Assembly (NCBI GenBank): GCA_964016885.1
Contig: OZ024740.1
Span: 387,314,001 to 387,378,000 of the forward strand
From: Eledone cirrhosa
Lineage: Eukaryota
Length of the DNA: 64,000 nt
Reading direction: 5' to 3'
The position numbers and the translations under genes are program-made. Below the pieces are notes generated by a model. It had not been told where the DNA came from and did no database searches. It worked only from the letters and a program-made list of their open reading frames with translations. Shown piece after piece: positions 38,820-53,353 of this stretch (its first letter is position 1; the number at the start of each line of letters is the position of its first letter).

Positions 38820-40056
38820 TATAGGGGAAGTAGATATTTTATTAGCTGAAAAATGTGTAGATAAGGTAATCTCTGTAAATAGAGTGATTGAGAGAATCAT
38901 TAAACTTAGACTAATCCTAAATAAAACCATGGTTACAATTATATCTGCACACACACCCCAATCTGGGTTGTCAGATGAACTAAAAGATAGGTTTTACGAA
39001 TCCCTAATGCAGACTACTACCCTAACAAATGACAGTGACTTCCTAATCATTGCAGGGGACTTAAATGGACATGTCAGACAACACTGTGATGGCTTCTACA
39101 AGAGTCCATGTCGGCTACGAGTTTGGCACAAGAAATGAAGAAGGTTTTATGCTTAGGATTAGCAATGACTATAATGAAGAATTTAGCATACAGTTACGTA
39201 TCTACCAGGGCTCTGTACTCAGCCCCCTCCTGTTTTTTATTGTCTTGCAGTCTATAACAGAGGAGTTTAAAACTGGCTGCCCATGGTAACTCCTGTATGC
39301 AGATCATCTCACACATAGCTGAATCTATGGCAGAATTGGAGAAGTTCCATATCTGGAATCCTGGCCTAGAATCAAAGGGTCTTAAAGTCAACCTGACAAA
39401 GACTAAGGTCCTAGTAAGTAGAAGGGAAAACAGCCCTAATCCCCTCATGGAAATGGCCTTGCTCAGTGTGTAGGAAAGGTGTAAGTAGAAATACCATCCT
39501 CTGTCTCAAATGCAAACTATGGGTACACAAGAGATGTAGTGGGATCTTAAGTAGTTTATCTAAGAACATAGGTTTTTACATGTAGCCGTTGCCCGGGAGC
39601 AGTAAGTAGCAAACGACCACAGGAAACAAGCATTATCAAATTCTTGGAAGGTTCTGTAGAATCAGTTGACTGCTTCTGCTACCTGGGTGACCAAATTAGC
39701 AGTGGACATGGGTGTTCTGAAAGTACAGTAGTCATAGTGAGAATGGGATGGTAGAAGTTCAGAGGCTACTACCACTGCTAGCTACAAAATGTTTTTCCCT
39801 CAAATAAAGGGCAGATTATATGATGCAGTAGACAGCTTCTGCTACCTGGGTAACCAAATTAGTAGTGGAGGTAGGTGTTCTGAAAGTACAGTAGCCATAG
39901 TGAGAATGTGATGGAGGAAGTTCAGGGAGCAACAACTGTTGCTAGCTACAAAAAGGTTTTCCCTCAAAATTAAGGGCAGATTATATGATATGTGTATATG
40001 AACAGCAATGTTACATGGTAGTGGACCTGCAAAGATAGGAAAGAAATGAAGCTTGC
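38820..40056 (+). mobile_element. Rearranged old RTE (endonuclease segment fused to RT/PHD, with an internal duplication of about 165 bp)
   Basis: IIAGDLNGHV is joined at about 39145 to the QGSVLSP region; 39665-39825 is repeated at 39830-39990. Confidence 0.85.
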
Positions 40057-40177
40057 CTCACTTGGGACAAGTCATCATTCTCCAGTCAGTCATAGGGTAA
40101 AGAAGGCTCTTCATATCCAGAAAATCCATATCCTTGGCAATTCTTAAAACCATGATGTAGCTATTTTGTGTGTGTGC

Positions 40178-40238
<61 letters not shown>

Positions 40239-40307
40239 CAGAAGGGATATTCAATTTGTTGGTAATTCAACAAATATAAATGGTTCAAAGTACTCGATAG
40301 GTGTTGT

Positions 40308-40366
40308 ATTTTATCTGATGATAGCGTACCAAAATTTTGGTACCCTTGAAATATATATAATAGAAT
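40308..40366 (+). ncRNA. Minimal type-I hammerhead motif, family D copy 2
   Basis: ATTTTAT CTGATGA [..GTACCAAA-AT-TTTGGTAC..] GAAA TATATA T A ATAGAAT. Intact core, palindromic stem III, 7-bp stem I with one GU pair. Confidence 0.75.
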
Positions 40367-40406
40367 AAATATGGTTTTATAAATATAGTTTCCATTTATT
40401 TAATAT

Positions 40407-40447
<41 letters not shown>

Positions 40448-40765
40448 GTATAGTATCGTCCTGTAACTCCTGGAGGAGTCGTACGTGCGCCCTTTGACAT
40501 ACTGCATTTCTGGGGCATTTTAAGCCTGGCAGAGCCCTTCCCTCTCCAGGCCTGAGTACAGCAGATTTCTTCCATAGAAAGATAGAAAGTGAGAGAGAGG
40601 AAGTGAGAAAGAGATAAGAGGAAGAATTGACTCCAGTACTAAACTGGTACTTTTTTTATTGACCTCAAAAGGATGAAAGGCAAAGTTGACCTCGGAGAGC
40701 AGAGAGCCAGATCAAATACCATAAAGCAGTTTATCTGACGTTCTAACAACTCTGCCAATTTTCTG

Positions 40766-40804
<39 letters not shown>

Positions 40805-41078
40805 AGAAAATAAATAAAATTTCATTTGTGTAGATCAAATCAATTATGTTTGAGGTGAATGCACAAACAAAATAAATATGGCGGACTGTTTACGAAATAT
40901 TTTTTTCTCGGCGGTTTCCTTGTAGTTGCATAGCATAGGTATCCAATTAAAAATAGGTTATGATACAATTGCCAAGGAGAAGTTCACGGAGTATTTATAA
41001 TTAATATATGGTACCAGGAAAAAATTAGAAAAAACTAGGCAGGAAGATGTGGACAAAAGAAGAATTTGTGTGCTTTCT

Positions 41079-41126
41079 TTCATTCTGATGAAGTGCAATC
41101 ACAGACACGGAATGCATATGAATGAA
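41079..41126 (+). ncRNA. Decayed hammerhead motif
   Basis: TTCATT CTGATGA A GTG..CAC GGAA TGCATA TG AATGAA. 6-bp stem I; two core deviations. Confidence 0.45.
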
Positions 41127-41454
41127 CATTATATGTGGTCAGTGGATGTAGACTATTACGTAATTGTACAGAAACATATGTTAAATATTGAACACGCAAT
41201 AAATTCTCCTTCTGTCTACATCTTCTTGCCTAGTTTTCCCTGGTAAAATATACACATATATATATCATTATCATCATCATCGATTAACATCCATATTCCG
41301 CGCTAGCATGGGTTAGACGGGTCCTATTTTGAGGCAAGTTGTGTTGGGTGACCATGTCTCACTCACATAGGGGTCTTTCTGGCTGGTTTTCTATGGCTAG
41401 ATGCCCTTCCTAACACCAACAACATTTTCATATATATTTATATATATATGTATA

Positions 41455-41512
<58 letters not shown>

Positions 41513-41515
<3 letters not shown>

Positions 41516-41613
41516 GGTGTCCTCCAAAAATGTGTATACACTTCAACAGCATTCTAATAAATATCGCTTGTACAGGTAATCAAAGTGTATATACATTTTG
41601 GGAGGACGTACTG
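41513..41613. mobile_element. Tc1/mariner-type mini-MITE
   Basis: TA-CAG..GTCCTCC.AAAATGT.TATACACTT ... AAGTGTATATACATTTTGGGAGGAC..CTG-TA. Partial relative at 22103-22160. Confidence 0.75.
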
Positions 41614-42639
41614 TACATATATATGTATGTATATATATATATTGAAGTTGGTGTTTTATGTGCACTCAATACATGTGAGCAGAGTATGAGTTTTATTTTT
41701 CAAAGAAAAGAGGGCAGTAGCTTCGAAGATTTCTACTGTGTTTCCTCTTCTGACTGAGGTTTTTACTGTTTTTATCTTATTTATATTTAGTTCAAGTGAT
41801 TGGGTATGTTGAAATATCTGATGGGCGGGGTTAAATAATTATGTGTTTATAATAGGGAGATTATGTTTACATTGAGTAAAATGCAAGCATGTGTGTATGT
41901 GTATATAAGTGAGCGTGTGTGTACATGGCCAAGTAGTTAAGAGGATCACTTTGCAATCATTAGCTCCTGAGATAGATCCCATTGCATGGCATCTTGGGCA
42001 AGTGTCATTTACTATAACTTCAGGTCAACCAATGCCTTGTGAGTGAAATTGAATGGATAAAAACTGTTTGGAAGCCCGTCAGATGGACTGTGTCATCCTT
42101 GTCAACTGAATCTCCCTGAGAATTACTTTAAGGATACATGTGTCCATGGAATGCTCAGCCACTTACATGTTAATTTATTGAGCAGGCTGTTCCGTTGATC
42201 AAACAACTGGAACACTCATTACCCAAAATTGACAGAGGTCCGTGAAATTGAGTCATGTGTGTGTATTTGGAGTTGTATTTGTGGGTTTTTAATTAAGTTC
42301 TGCTGACTGGGTGCAGTGAACCATGGGTATAAGGAAACCTAGGGGGTTGTTTGTTTTCATTTGTTTATTTAGTTTATGAAGTGTTGGAATGTTACAATAC
42401 AGATTATAAATGTAGGCTAAAAGAAAATAGCTACAAACATTAGTTAGGCTATTTCTTGAATGAAATCATTAGAAAAGTGGGAAATGAACTGGCATATGGT
42501 GCTGTGCTGGTCAGAGTTCCAACAAATTTCATGTGGATTATATGATTGCAATAAAAAAAAAAGAGGAAGAGAATAGATAGCGAAAGTAATGGAAAGCAGG
42601 GAGAGAGCAACATACTCTACACTTCAGTCTAGGCTATAT

Positions 42640-42905
42640 ATCTCAGCTGCACCCTAGGGACAAAATGGTGAAAAACAACCAGCAATATTCGCCATATCAG
42701 TCACTTCACTTCCTGGGGTTCCTTTATGAGGCAGGATGCATTTCCCCCAGTTTTGTGGAGGAAAGCGACAGTTTGGGGACTGAGAAAACCAGAGGTCTTG
42801 ATGACGACTGGCACGAAAGGGAAGTGGTTGATCAAGTCCTGGTATTTAGTTAACTTCCTCTGCATTACAGGCAGCAGTGCCTGAATTTGTGGCCGAAACA
42901 ACAGT
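42640..42905 (-). mobile_element. Old CRE-clade endonuclease-domain fragment
   Basis: KLTKYQDLINHFPFVPVVIKTSGFLSP aligns with KLLKYRSLSDRFAVIPRAVETSGVLGP. Confidence 0.6.
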
Positions 42906-43489
42906 TGAAAGCAGAGAACCTATCACAGCAGATTATAAATGTCTGGATTTGTATTGTGTAAATGGAATAAGGGTGTAGTTGCATAGAAGGAGAGAATTCT
43001 ATATAACTGGTTAAATATGTTTGTATCTTTGTAGGGTGTTATAGTTAGGGATTAGCACTTCTATTGATTGGTTTTACACTTTGGTGTGTCATAGTCACAT
43101 TTGGAATTGATTTCTTTATTATTTCAGTCAAGCAGAGCTATTGATATTTTGGCTAGAATGAGGAAATGGTTTAGGGTACTATTCTTATTAATTTTAGATA
43201 ATTTCCTGGGTTGGGTTCAATACTTTAGAGAACTGGAACTTATTTTTTAGAATCATTAAGGTTGCCTATGTCTGGATTTTCATTAGAGGGTATGTATATA
43301 AATGCAATTAAATACATCTACAAACAGGGATTTATGGTGCATGCAAGCAATCACATAATTGTCCACTCAAATGCAGGTGTCCAAATATGCGCACCAGCAT
43401 ATTATATACTGGCAACGTGACCATCCCCAAATATTATATATATATAAATACACACACACATACATATACTCATTTTTGCACACGTTCTT

Positions 43490-43810
43490 CCATACTTGCA
43501 TGGGTTGGACAAGTACTCTCCAGTGTCTATTTACTTGTTACATTCCTTTGTAAGGTTCAGCTTCCCAATATTAGCTCTTAGTGCTTCTTTCCAAGACTTC
43601 CTTGTTCTTCCTCATCCACAGCTTCCTTACACATGGAACTCTCAGCACTTCTTCCCCCAACTGTCGTCATAAAATGCATTACATGTCCACACCAGTGCAG
43701 TCTTCTCTCCTGTACACAACACCCAACTCTTCTTATACCCAGTTTTTCTCTGAACTCACCTCTGCTCTGTCATTCATACACACTAACATTACACATCCAA
43801 CAGATTACGC
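43490..43810 (-). mobile_element. Old RTE 3' fragment
   Basis: Minus strand encodes decayed LGIR..CCVQERRLHWCGHVM. Confidence 0.65.
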
Positions 43811-46800
43811 TCTGTATATAATATCCATGTGTTGTTACTATGCAACATTGCATTACATGCACAAGTGTCATAGTCTACTTTCTACTGGGCTAGAGAATCC
43901 TTTTGTACACAAACGTGCGTGTGTGTTTATTTTATTTTATTTTTTTTTTTTTACTGATTTTAGTCATTAGACTGTGGTTACTCTGGAGCACAAGTTTTAA
44001 GGGATTTAGCCTATATCGATTTCTATTTGTCGAACTGCTAATAAGCATGCATAAACAGTAGGTGTAAACAGGTATAATAAAATAGTTCATACATACATAC
44101 ATATATATGTGTGTGTGTGCGCGCGGGTGAATGAAATATATGGTTATACATACATGTGTGTATGTGCACGCGCTTGTATGAAATGCATTACATTAGACGT
44201 AGTAATTAAATAAGTGTAAACCATATCAAACATTGAGATCAGTAATTTACTTTACTATTGATTATAGTAGAGTAAACTGAAGTGCTATAAATATTGATTG
44301 GTTCAGTGAATGAATGATTGAGTCATTTACACCTTACACAGAAATCATTAGTATAGCTCCATTTAGTAATATATCAATACACTGATCATAAGGCGAAAGA
44401 CCTGGAGTAGTTTGATGTGAAATAAAGCACGTATTCACTAAATCTTCCTAGAAACGTAAATAACAAGCTAAAATAACTGAAAATGTATAAACAAAGATAA
44501 TGAAAATAAGAGAGATTTATCACCTGTGGCTGTTCATGAAAATATCTCCGTTGTGTTGTACGATTCAGCCGAACTGATGAATTAACAACAGGCAGTTGTT
44601 GCCTGACACAAAGCTTGGTTGTAACGATAGTTATGATAAATAAAGAAATGGATAATCACAGCACCACACCGGGTCATGTATCGATCTTCAATGATCATAT
44701 ATGTAAACAGAAGTCATTGGGTTTTACTTTTACGTTATTGTCCTTTAAAATACGCCAAATAAGAATGTTTAAGAGATCCGATGTGTTTTACGATGCCTGG
44801 AAGGTAGAATCCTTGAACGAGAAACGAACTTCTGCCAAAACAAAAAAAATATAAAAATAATAGTAATAAAATAATAATAATGATAGATACTCTCTCTTCA
44901 ACTCCTGACCAGAACGGAATCCTGCAAGGATGTTATTCGGACGTTTTTGTTTTGTTTTTCTTTAAAAGAAGGAATGTATCCCTGAAATGAATAGCTTTGT
45001 TTGTGATAGAATTCAACATTAAATTCCGTAATATATGCTTTTTCCTCTTTCTTCTTTTCCCGTTCGTCCTTGTTTTTTCTGTTCTTTCATTTTATCTGCT
45101 ATATATATATATGAAATAATATAAGAAGACAAATCGGTTTATTTTAACTGAAACCCCGCTCTTCACGTAGTAATGGAATGAAATAGCACAGAAATGCTAT
45201 ACGATTATGTGCCAACTGTAGTTGCTATCGTAAACCCGTCTGTCAGTTCCATCACTTCTCCACTTTTTCAACAGCAAATGTCCATCCTTCTCCCTTTCCA
45301 TTATTACTGAATGGAACTGTCAATATACGTGTAACGTGTGTAACAAGATGTCAAAGGGAGAGAGGAGATACAGAGAATAGAAGAGAACACTGGAGGGAAT
45401 GAAACTGTAAGAAATATTACATGCATCAATCATTGACTTCTTAGCTTGTTCGATGAGAAATTATCTCCCCTTTGATATTATTCAGCAACGTCATCAACAC
45501 CTAAAGTTGATTTGTTTCATTCATTTTTAACGAGGAAACTTCAAAGACAAATCGATAAATCACATTACCAAAGTTCCACTGAAATATTGTCGTAATTAAG
45601 CCCCAAGTTTATTCTGTAGATCTATAATGAAAGGTGTTCTACGCGTGATTATACCATCTGTTTCAGACATAGGACTACATTATCCAATTTGTTCTTTGTT
45701 TAAAAATATGTGTGCTTTGAAAGAAATTTAGCTGCTATTTCTAACAGATCGAACTTACACGTAGCAGTTCCAACGAAGTTCGTGTTTAGCTCCAGGTCAA
45801 TTTTGATATAGCAGAAGACATTCCAACCACGACTATCCCGTCGTTTAGGTGTACATTATCTAATGTGACCTTTCATTTTTTTTATAGACGAATGTCACAG
45901 AAACTGATATATTCCTTGCTGATAAACATCGGGGAAAAGCAATTGTTTTAAAACTAACGACAAATTAAATAAGCTGCATATCGGTGTGTATATACACAAC
46001 ATAGAAGTCAAGTCAATTTAGCCAAGAACTTCGCATTCCTATGATATTTACGAATAAACCCAGATTTGTATTCACCAACTGTTCTCAATGTTTTGCGCGT
46101 GTATATATATTCCCGGAGTCCTATACTGAAGTATAACTCATTAAGTTTGTCAGCTTTAAAAAATTTGACAGACATTCGTGATTTATTATAGGTTGTTGTT
46201 TAGTTCTAGGTCAACGTTGATAGAGCAGACGTATCTGTGATCAAAGGCATTCCAACCATAATCATTCTTATTTTTTAGGGGTATTTCAGCCGATATGTGT
46301 CGTTTTCTTATTTAAGACTTTAGGGTGTGATTTATGACCGATTTAGCTGTTATGTCTAGCAGGACGAACAATCACGTAGGAGCTAGCTCGATTTTTATTA
46401 CATTTAATGGTTGATTTTATTTCTTTGCTCCTAAATGAATAACTTTTTAAACTATAACTTAAGAGTGATGTAAACATTTTTCAAAAATTAGAAGCACTTA
46501 GTTTAAAGTTATTTTTAAAACATAACTTTCATACAAGTTAGTCGATTTATTTTTAAAGATAACGTCACGCCTTTGAAAAATAATCTTTTGTATTAATTGT
46601 ATAGGCGGCGTATTGACAGTCGCTAGAATGTCAGATAAAATGTTTTGTGGTATTCATTTCGGCTCTCTGCGCTCACTGAGTTCAAATCTTGCCGAGCTCA
46701 ACTTTGGCTTTCATCCTTTCGGTGTCGATAAAAGAAAAAGTACCAGTCCGGTACTGAGATCGATTCTTCCTCTGTCTCACCCTCTCCTTCTCTGGAAGAA

Positions 46801-47633
46801 ATCGACTGTGTCCGACTTGGAGAGAAGGATGAGCTCTGCCAGGTTTGAAGTGCCCAGACACGCTACATATCACGACGGCGTCCCTACGATTCCATCAGTG
46901 GTTATGGATCCATACATATACATATCAATTGTATTTACTGGTGGAGTAAGGATTCGATAAATATCGCTAATACTTTTGAGAAAGAATCTGGAACATCATA
47001 AGCTTGCATTCGCTGGTCACACAAAGAGAATGGAAGAACAAGTATTATTAGCTGTAGAAATTACTAAATGCAAAATACAAAAAACACTTTCATTATCCCT
47101 CGACAATTCTCTTTCATTTTTGACGTATCAATAGTGAAAGAATACTTTAATTCTAATAAAATATTTGTTTCCCTTTTACATTTTTTCTTTCATTTTAACA
47201 ACATATGGATATGCAAAACACCACTGACTACCAAGTTGGCTGTTGCGAATATATCGATTAGTTTGGAAATATCAATGAGAAGATTCATGTTATCAAACAT
47301 GTTATTATCACACATCAATATTGATTTCTAACTTAGACAATGGGCATTAAATCCTTTGAGAGGAAATAGTCGATTAAATTTTTTCTTTTACATCCTTTTT
47401 TCTTTTCTACCCCTAGATGGATGAATGGCATGGTCAGCTGTGGCGGAAATTGAACTCAGAATGTAATGGTGCAACTTATTTTTTAGTAACTGCTAATAAT
47501 TCTACTGCAGAAAGTTTCAAAGAACGTCGAACAAAATCCTTTGTTGTACTAGTTACCTATTTTATTCTGAGTTCAAATCCCGTAAGAGAAGAAAAGACTT
47601 TGCCTTGTATATGTTCGGTGTGTGTGTGGAGGG

Positions 47634-47705
<72 letters not shown>

Positions 47706-48079
47706 GTCAGTTCAGTTGACTAAATACCAATGCATATAAATGGGCGATCTTCGAGCCAAAGGAGAACACCTTCGTGTTCGATCGATCTGCAGAAACTAGC
47801 AGCCAAATTTCCCTCAAATCACACCCGACCAGTCGGCAAGGGAAAGCACTGGGTAGTATTGACCCCCTACTCCATCCTACTTTTCAATGACGCACCCTCA
47901 AATTTAGAACAAATATACTGTGATATGCTTATTCCGAATCTTCGCCTTAGAATTATTGCGAATTAGAATGCCGATCTAGAATGTTCTCAAACCCCCTTAA
48001 TCCCCTTAACCCCCCACCCCCGAACACAAAAAACATGCGGCGGGCTTAGCCAACCCTCTTTAAAAAAGAAAGATATATA

Positions 48080-48325
48080 CAGGAGCAGTGGAAGCATTTC
48101 AAAATTGGGGGGGTAAATATGGTCAATATAATTGTAGTGATTCATTTAGCTGTTATTATCAAATATCAACCAAGATATTAAAAAAAACTTCGATGTGCGA
48201 TAAACATATGTACATAAATTGTAGCGCATATACAAATAAATGTGTGTTTTGGTAGTTTGGGGAGAAAAATATAATTATTGGGGAGGGGGGGGGGCATGCC
48301 CCTTCCCCCAGTACCACCGCCCCTG
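48080..48325 (+). mobile_element. hAT-like MITE
   Basis: CAGG..GC / CGCCCCTG ends; inverted homologue at 48773-49009. Confidence 0.7.
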
Positions 48326-48772
48326 ATATAGCCATAAATATATTATGTTTGAAAATAGGGTAAGATGCTCATTGATCATAGGGCTGAACAACAATATGTG
48401 GTATTGTTCCAATAATGTGATGTAAAGAATGTAAAAGGTTGGTCTTTTTTTGTTGTTGTTAAAGTGACTAATGATATAAACAGTGACTCTGAATATCTGG
48501 ATATCGGAATGAATGAGTAATTGATAAATATATATTATTTATGAATGAATATTGATATTGATAAATAGATGTTCGGCGTAAAACATATTTGCCGTGAGTA
48601 ATGTTAGAAGAGAAAGGTCAGATCCAGACAAATTAATGTCTACATCCCTGTGAAGTTTGTCAGCTGAAACTAATTCAATCAACTTATATTATTAGCAATT
48701 TGGAGTTAACCGAAGGACTTGCATCCACTCCTCTCTCTCTCTCTCTCTCTCTCTCTTGTGTTATATATATAT

Positions 48773-49009
48773 CAGGGCCGATGGAACCGGGGGGGACATG
48801 TTCCCCCCAATAATTATATTTTTCTCCCCAAACTACCAAAACACACATTTATTTGTACATGTTTTTATGTACATATGTTTATCACATATCAATTGTTTTT
48901 TATCTTGGTTGATATTTGATAATAACAGCTAAACTAATCACAACAACTAAATTGACCAAATTTGCACACACCCCCCACACTTCATTCAGAAATGCTTATG
49001 CCGCCCCTG
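48773..49009 (-). mobile_element. hAT-like MITE, inverted sister copy
   Basis: CAGGGCCG ... CCGCCCCTG; body is the reverse complement of 48080-48325; (TA) flanks. Confidence 0.7.
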
Positions 49010-49106
49010 TATATATAATATATATATGGCGGTGCCCCAGCATCGCCTCAGCCTGATGGCTGGAACAGGTAAAAGGGTAAAAGAGTAAAATATATATATA
49101 TGTATG

Positions 49107-49375
49107 TCATCATCATCATCATCACCGTTTTACGTCCGTTCTTCCACGCTAGCATGGGTTAGACGGGTTGTCCTGTTGTGGGCAGTGTCTGGTCGGCTGA
49201 CCATGCCTTGCTCATACAGGAACTGATTTGGCTTGATTTCTACAGCTGGATGCCCTTCCTAACACCAACCTCATTTACAGTGAGTGCTGGGTGCTTTTTC
49301 GTGGCGCCTACACGTCCACTTTACAGTGTGGGCTTGGTGCTTTTTTGCCGTGGCACCTCCACGACCACCTTGCGG
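49107..49375 (-). mobile_element. RTE 3' UTR fragment
   Basis: Reverse complement of 19840-20110. Confidence 0.8.
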
Positions 49376-49924
49376 TATGTATATATATATATATAGGAAT
49401 GTATATATATATATATATATATGCTGTATGTATATATATATATATATATATAGGAAAAGAGTCAGGACCCTGACGGCTGAGCTCCGGCCTTTTTGACAGC
49501 TAGATCCGAACATATATATATATATTTCATATTATTGTTGGGTCACTCCTGAGTGCTACTGGTAACATGTAACCCAGTACAACCTGTTGCATGGTCGGGT
49601 CGTCGGTGACTAAACCGGCAACCTCATGAAGTTTACTTGATAAGGAGGGTGATTTGGGCACTCTGCAGGACAAAAAACAAAACCTGACAAAGGAGTCAAC
49701 AGCCATCCCAAAATGTATAAATATGTATATACTGTATGGCTGTGGGTGTGTATAGGATTGATTGCGCGTTTGTCTGTGTACATATATATATATGTTTGAT
49801 AGAAAATAAAAATAAAAAATGTTTAAACCTTTTAAACCCTTTTAAAACTTTTAAAAACTGTTTTAATTTTTTTTTTATTTAAAAAACTTTTTAAAATCCT
49901 TTTTCTTTTTTTTTTTTTAATGAA

Positions 49925-50573
49925 AGGAATAAGAGGAATCAGATGCTGTTTACTCGAGAGAAGATTACGTTGGTATGGTCACGTGATGCGTATGAAAGAC
50001 GACAGTCGTATAAAAAAGTGCAGGGCGATCAAAATTGATGGAAGTTACGGAGTAGGTAGACCCAGAAAAACCTGGGACGATTTGATAAATTCCGACCTTA
50101 CACACTTACACCTCTCTAAGACAATGTCACTGGACCGAGAACTTTGGAGCTACGCAATAATACAGAAGACTCACCTTGCAAAGTGAAACCTACAGTCAGT
50201 AGGCACCTCTTAACCAAATATACACCCCAACCCACTACCTCTACTCCACCCGCCCACACCACCCTCTCTCTGTAAAGTTATGTTGGTACCACAACATCAG
50301 TCCAAAATAAATGAGGTCGTGTAGGTGTCACGACAAAAAAACACTCAGTCCACGCTGTAATGTGGCCGTGTAGGTAACACGGTAAAACCCTCCCAGTCCA
50401 CACTGTAAATGTGGTTGGTGTTAGGAAGGGCATCCAGCCGTAGAAAACCTGCCAGACAGTCCTATATGAGCGAGATACGGTCACCCGACCAATCTTGCCT
50501 CAAGTGAGACAATTCCCATCTAACCCATGCTAGCGTGGAAGATAGACGTTAAACGATGATGATGATGATGATG
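49925..50573 (+). mobile_element. RTE 3' fragment
   Basis: GIRGIRCCLLERRLRWYGHVMRM.., then UTR and (GAT)n. Confidence 0.9.
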
Positions 50574-51052
50574 AAAGAGTCAGTGAATCATTGTAACTCA
50601 TTTGTGGGTGTGGTGGCCTGCAGATGGGTAAAAAGAAAATCCACTGGGAGTGAAGGATCCCGAGCTGTTGTTACACTATCTTTCTATAAGAGGGAATCTT
50701 TGAATTAAAACCTGCAGTTGATGTGGTTACTGGTCATCTGGTTTAGGCTTGTCATCAGACAATAATCACTGAAACTTAGAGAGGGATGCTCATGTAGTAC
50801 AAGCATTTGCCACTATAATCCAATGATGGACAGATGTCTCTTTTGTGATCTTCTCATCTGTCATTTTTACAGCTGAAAGTCCTATGGTTGACCTAAGGGG
50901 CCATGGCCGGACGTTTAGAGTTGGTGATGGTTAATGGGGTTGCATTGGGAGACGGCAATCATCTGCAAAGATGAAGCAATCACCATATATTTCATATAGA
51001 AATAACTTCTACAGGACTAGAAATGTTCCATATATTTGAAATCATCAGGACA

Positions 51053-51643
51053 TATTATAATAATAATAATGAAATTATTGTGTACAGTGCTCAGGTGCAC
51101 TACAACTCGTCAAAGGTGCATGTATAGTACATAGAATAATATACAAATGTCAGGGAAGTGAATAGTGTATGAGTCATGATATACATGTGTGCGTGTGTAT
51201 GAAAGGGGAATATTAGGTGTAGTGTTGGCGAATCTCAGGAAGATTGGAGGTTTTAAAGGATGCAGTGACTCCACAGCTAATAACTGATGCAGGCAGATTG
51301 TTCCATGCTTCAGCAACTCTGAGCGTGAAAAAATGTTTCCGAAAGTCATGGGAGCTGTGCTGTTTTCTGACTTTGTGGGCATGCCCACATGTGTTAAACA
51401 CATGGAAATCAAAAAGGTACTCAGGGTTGTTGTTGGCAAGATGGTTAGTAATTTTGTGGGTGTTTGCCAAGTCAGTTGCCAAACGTCGGAGCTTCAATGT
51501 ATCCATGCCCAGGGAAGCAAGGCGTTCAGAGTATGGTAGATGCCTGATGGAGGGTATTCGCTTGGTTGCACGTCTCTGAACAGTTTCCAGGCGGTCAATG
51601 TTCTGGGTAAGATAGGGGTTCCAACTGGTGATGCAAATTCTAA
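51053..51643 (-). mobile_element. CR1-group LINE 3' fragment
   Basis: MDTLKLRRLATDL..FFTLRVAEAWNNLPAS..; homologous to 8235-8957. Confidence 0.9.
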
Positions 51644-51787
51644 GTGATTGAAATAGTCCTAGTCCTGTAGAAGTAATTTCTATATAAAATATATATGTAC
51701 TTTCTCTACTAATATATTTAGTCTGTATTTAACTGTGGTTCCCTACGATTCCTCTTTAGAAAAACATTCTTAATTATTTATATACAT

Positions 51788-53335
51788 AGAAAGCTTTTGA
51801 CAGGACCCGGTCTGTAATCTAGTGTCCTCTTAGGAAACTAGAAGCAGAAGAGAGGCTAGTGAGGGTGGTACGAGCCATGTACAGAGGTGCTGTCAGTAAG
51901 GATAACATTAATAATGACTATAGTGAGGAGTTTAGTATGCAAGTTGGGGTCCACCAATGCTCCGTCCTTGGCCCCTCCTGTTCATTATTGTCTTCCAGGG
52001 TATAACAGAAAAGTTTAAAATAGGATGACCTTGGGAACCTATATGCTGATGATTTAACTTTTATAGCTGAATCCATATCAGAACTATGAAAAAATTCCCG
52101 AGCTGGAAGTTTAACCAGGAATAAAAAAGTCTTCAAGTCAACTTAGCAAAGACCAAAGTTCTAGTAAGTAGGAAAATAAGGCCCTGATCCCTTCTGGGAA
52201 ATGGTCCTGCTCAGTGTGTAGGAAAGGGGTTGATAGAAATTCCATCCTTCGTCACAAATGCCAGCTATGTGTACACAAAAGATGTTGTGGGATCACAAGA
52301 AGGCTATCAAAGAATGTAGGTTTTATATGTGACCACTGCACAGTCAAGTAAGTAAGAGCCAACAGGAGCTTCTTCAAATGCCCAGAGGACTCTCTAGAAA
52401 TAGTCAACAGTTTCTGTTACCTATGTAACCAAATTAGCAGGGGAAGAGGGTGTTCTGGAAGCACAGTAGCAGGATCTCAGGTAGGTTAGCTAAGAACATA
52501 GGTTTTACTTGTGGCCATTGCAGTTAATAGAGTAAGTAACAAATACTCACAGAAAACAAGTGCTATGAAATTCTTGGAAGGTTCCGTAGAAGCAGTTGAC
52601 AACCTCTATTAACTGGGTGACCAAATTAACAGTGGAGGTGGGTGTGCCAAAAATACAGTAAGAGTGGGAATGGGATGGAAGAAGAGCAGGGAGTTACTAC
52701 TGCTGCTAGTGACAAAAGGTTTTTCCCTCAAAATGATTGTATGATGCTTGTATAAAAACAGCAATGTTACATGGTAGTGAGACCTGAGCGCTATGTGCAG
52801 AGGACTTGTGAAGAGTGGAAAGAAATGAAGCTGGCGTGCTTTGATGGATGTATAATAGTAATAGGCATGAACGGCAGAGCATAAATGAACTGAGCGAGAA
52901 ACTGGGCATTAGAGGAATCAGATGCAGTGTGCAGGAGAGGAGATTGCATTGGTAAGGACATGCAATGCATATGAAGGATGACAGCTGTATAGAAAGGTGC
53001 AGGGGCCTCAAAATTGATGGAAGCTATGGTATAGGAAGACCTAAGAAGATTTGGGATGAGGTGATAAAAGCTGACCTTGCAGAATCACATATCTCAAACG
53101 CAATGACACAGGATCGAGATCTCTGGTGTTATGCAGTAATACAGAAGACTCACCTTCCCATGTACATAGGTTGAAGCATACATCTAGTAGACATTACTTT
53201 CCTTACTTCCCCCTCCCCCTTCCATGCACCTTCCACGCCTTAATACTTCACCCACATCCTACACCCCATTCACCCCCCCCCCCCCACTAGATCTATCTTT
53301 CCAATCCCCATACACCTCCTTCACCCAGCCCCTAA
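51788..53335 (+). mobile_element. Degenerate RTE RT/PHD/3' end with internal duplication
   Basis: EKAFDR, YADD, KWSCSVCRKG; 3' UTR resembles positions 1-160 on the minus strand. Confidence 0.85.
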
Positions 53336-53353
53336 GAATTATGTTAGAATATA

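Noticed and set aside
49800-49922. A/T homopolymer-rich stretch
   Set aside because: Looks like low-complexity or low-quality consensus sequence; no interpretable structure.
50985-51696. Short inverted repeat around the CR1 fragment with CTGATGA on the minus strand near 51040
   Set aside because: Possibly another decayed Penelope-like pair, but the stems cannot be assigned with confidence.
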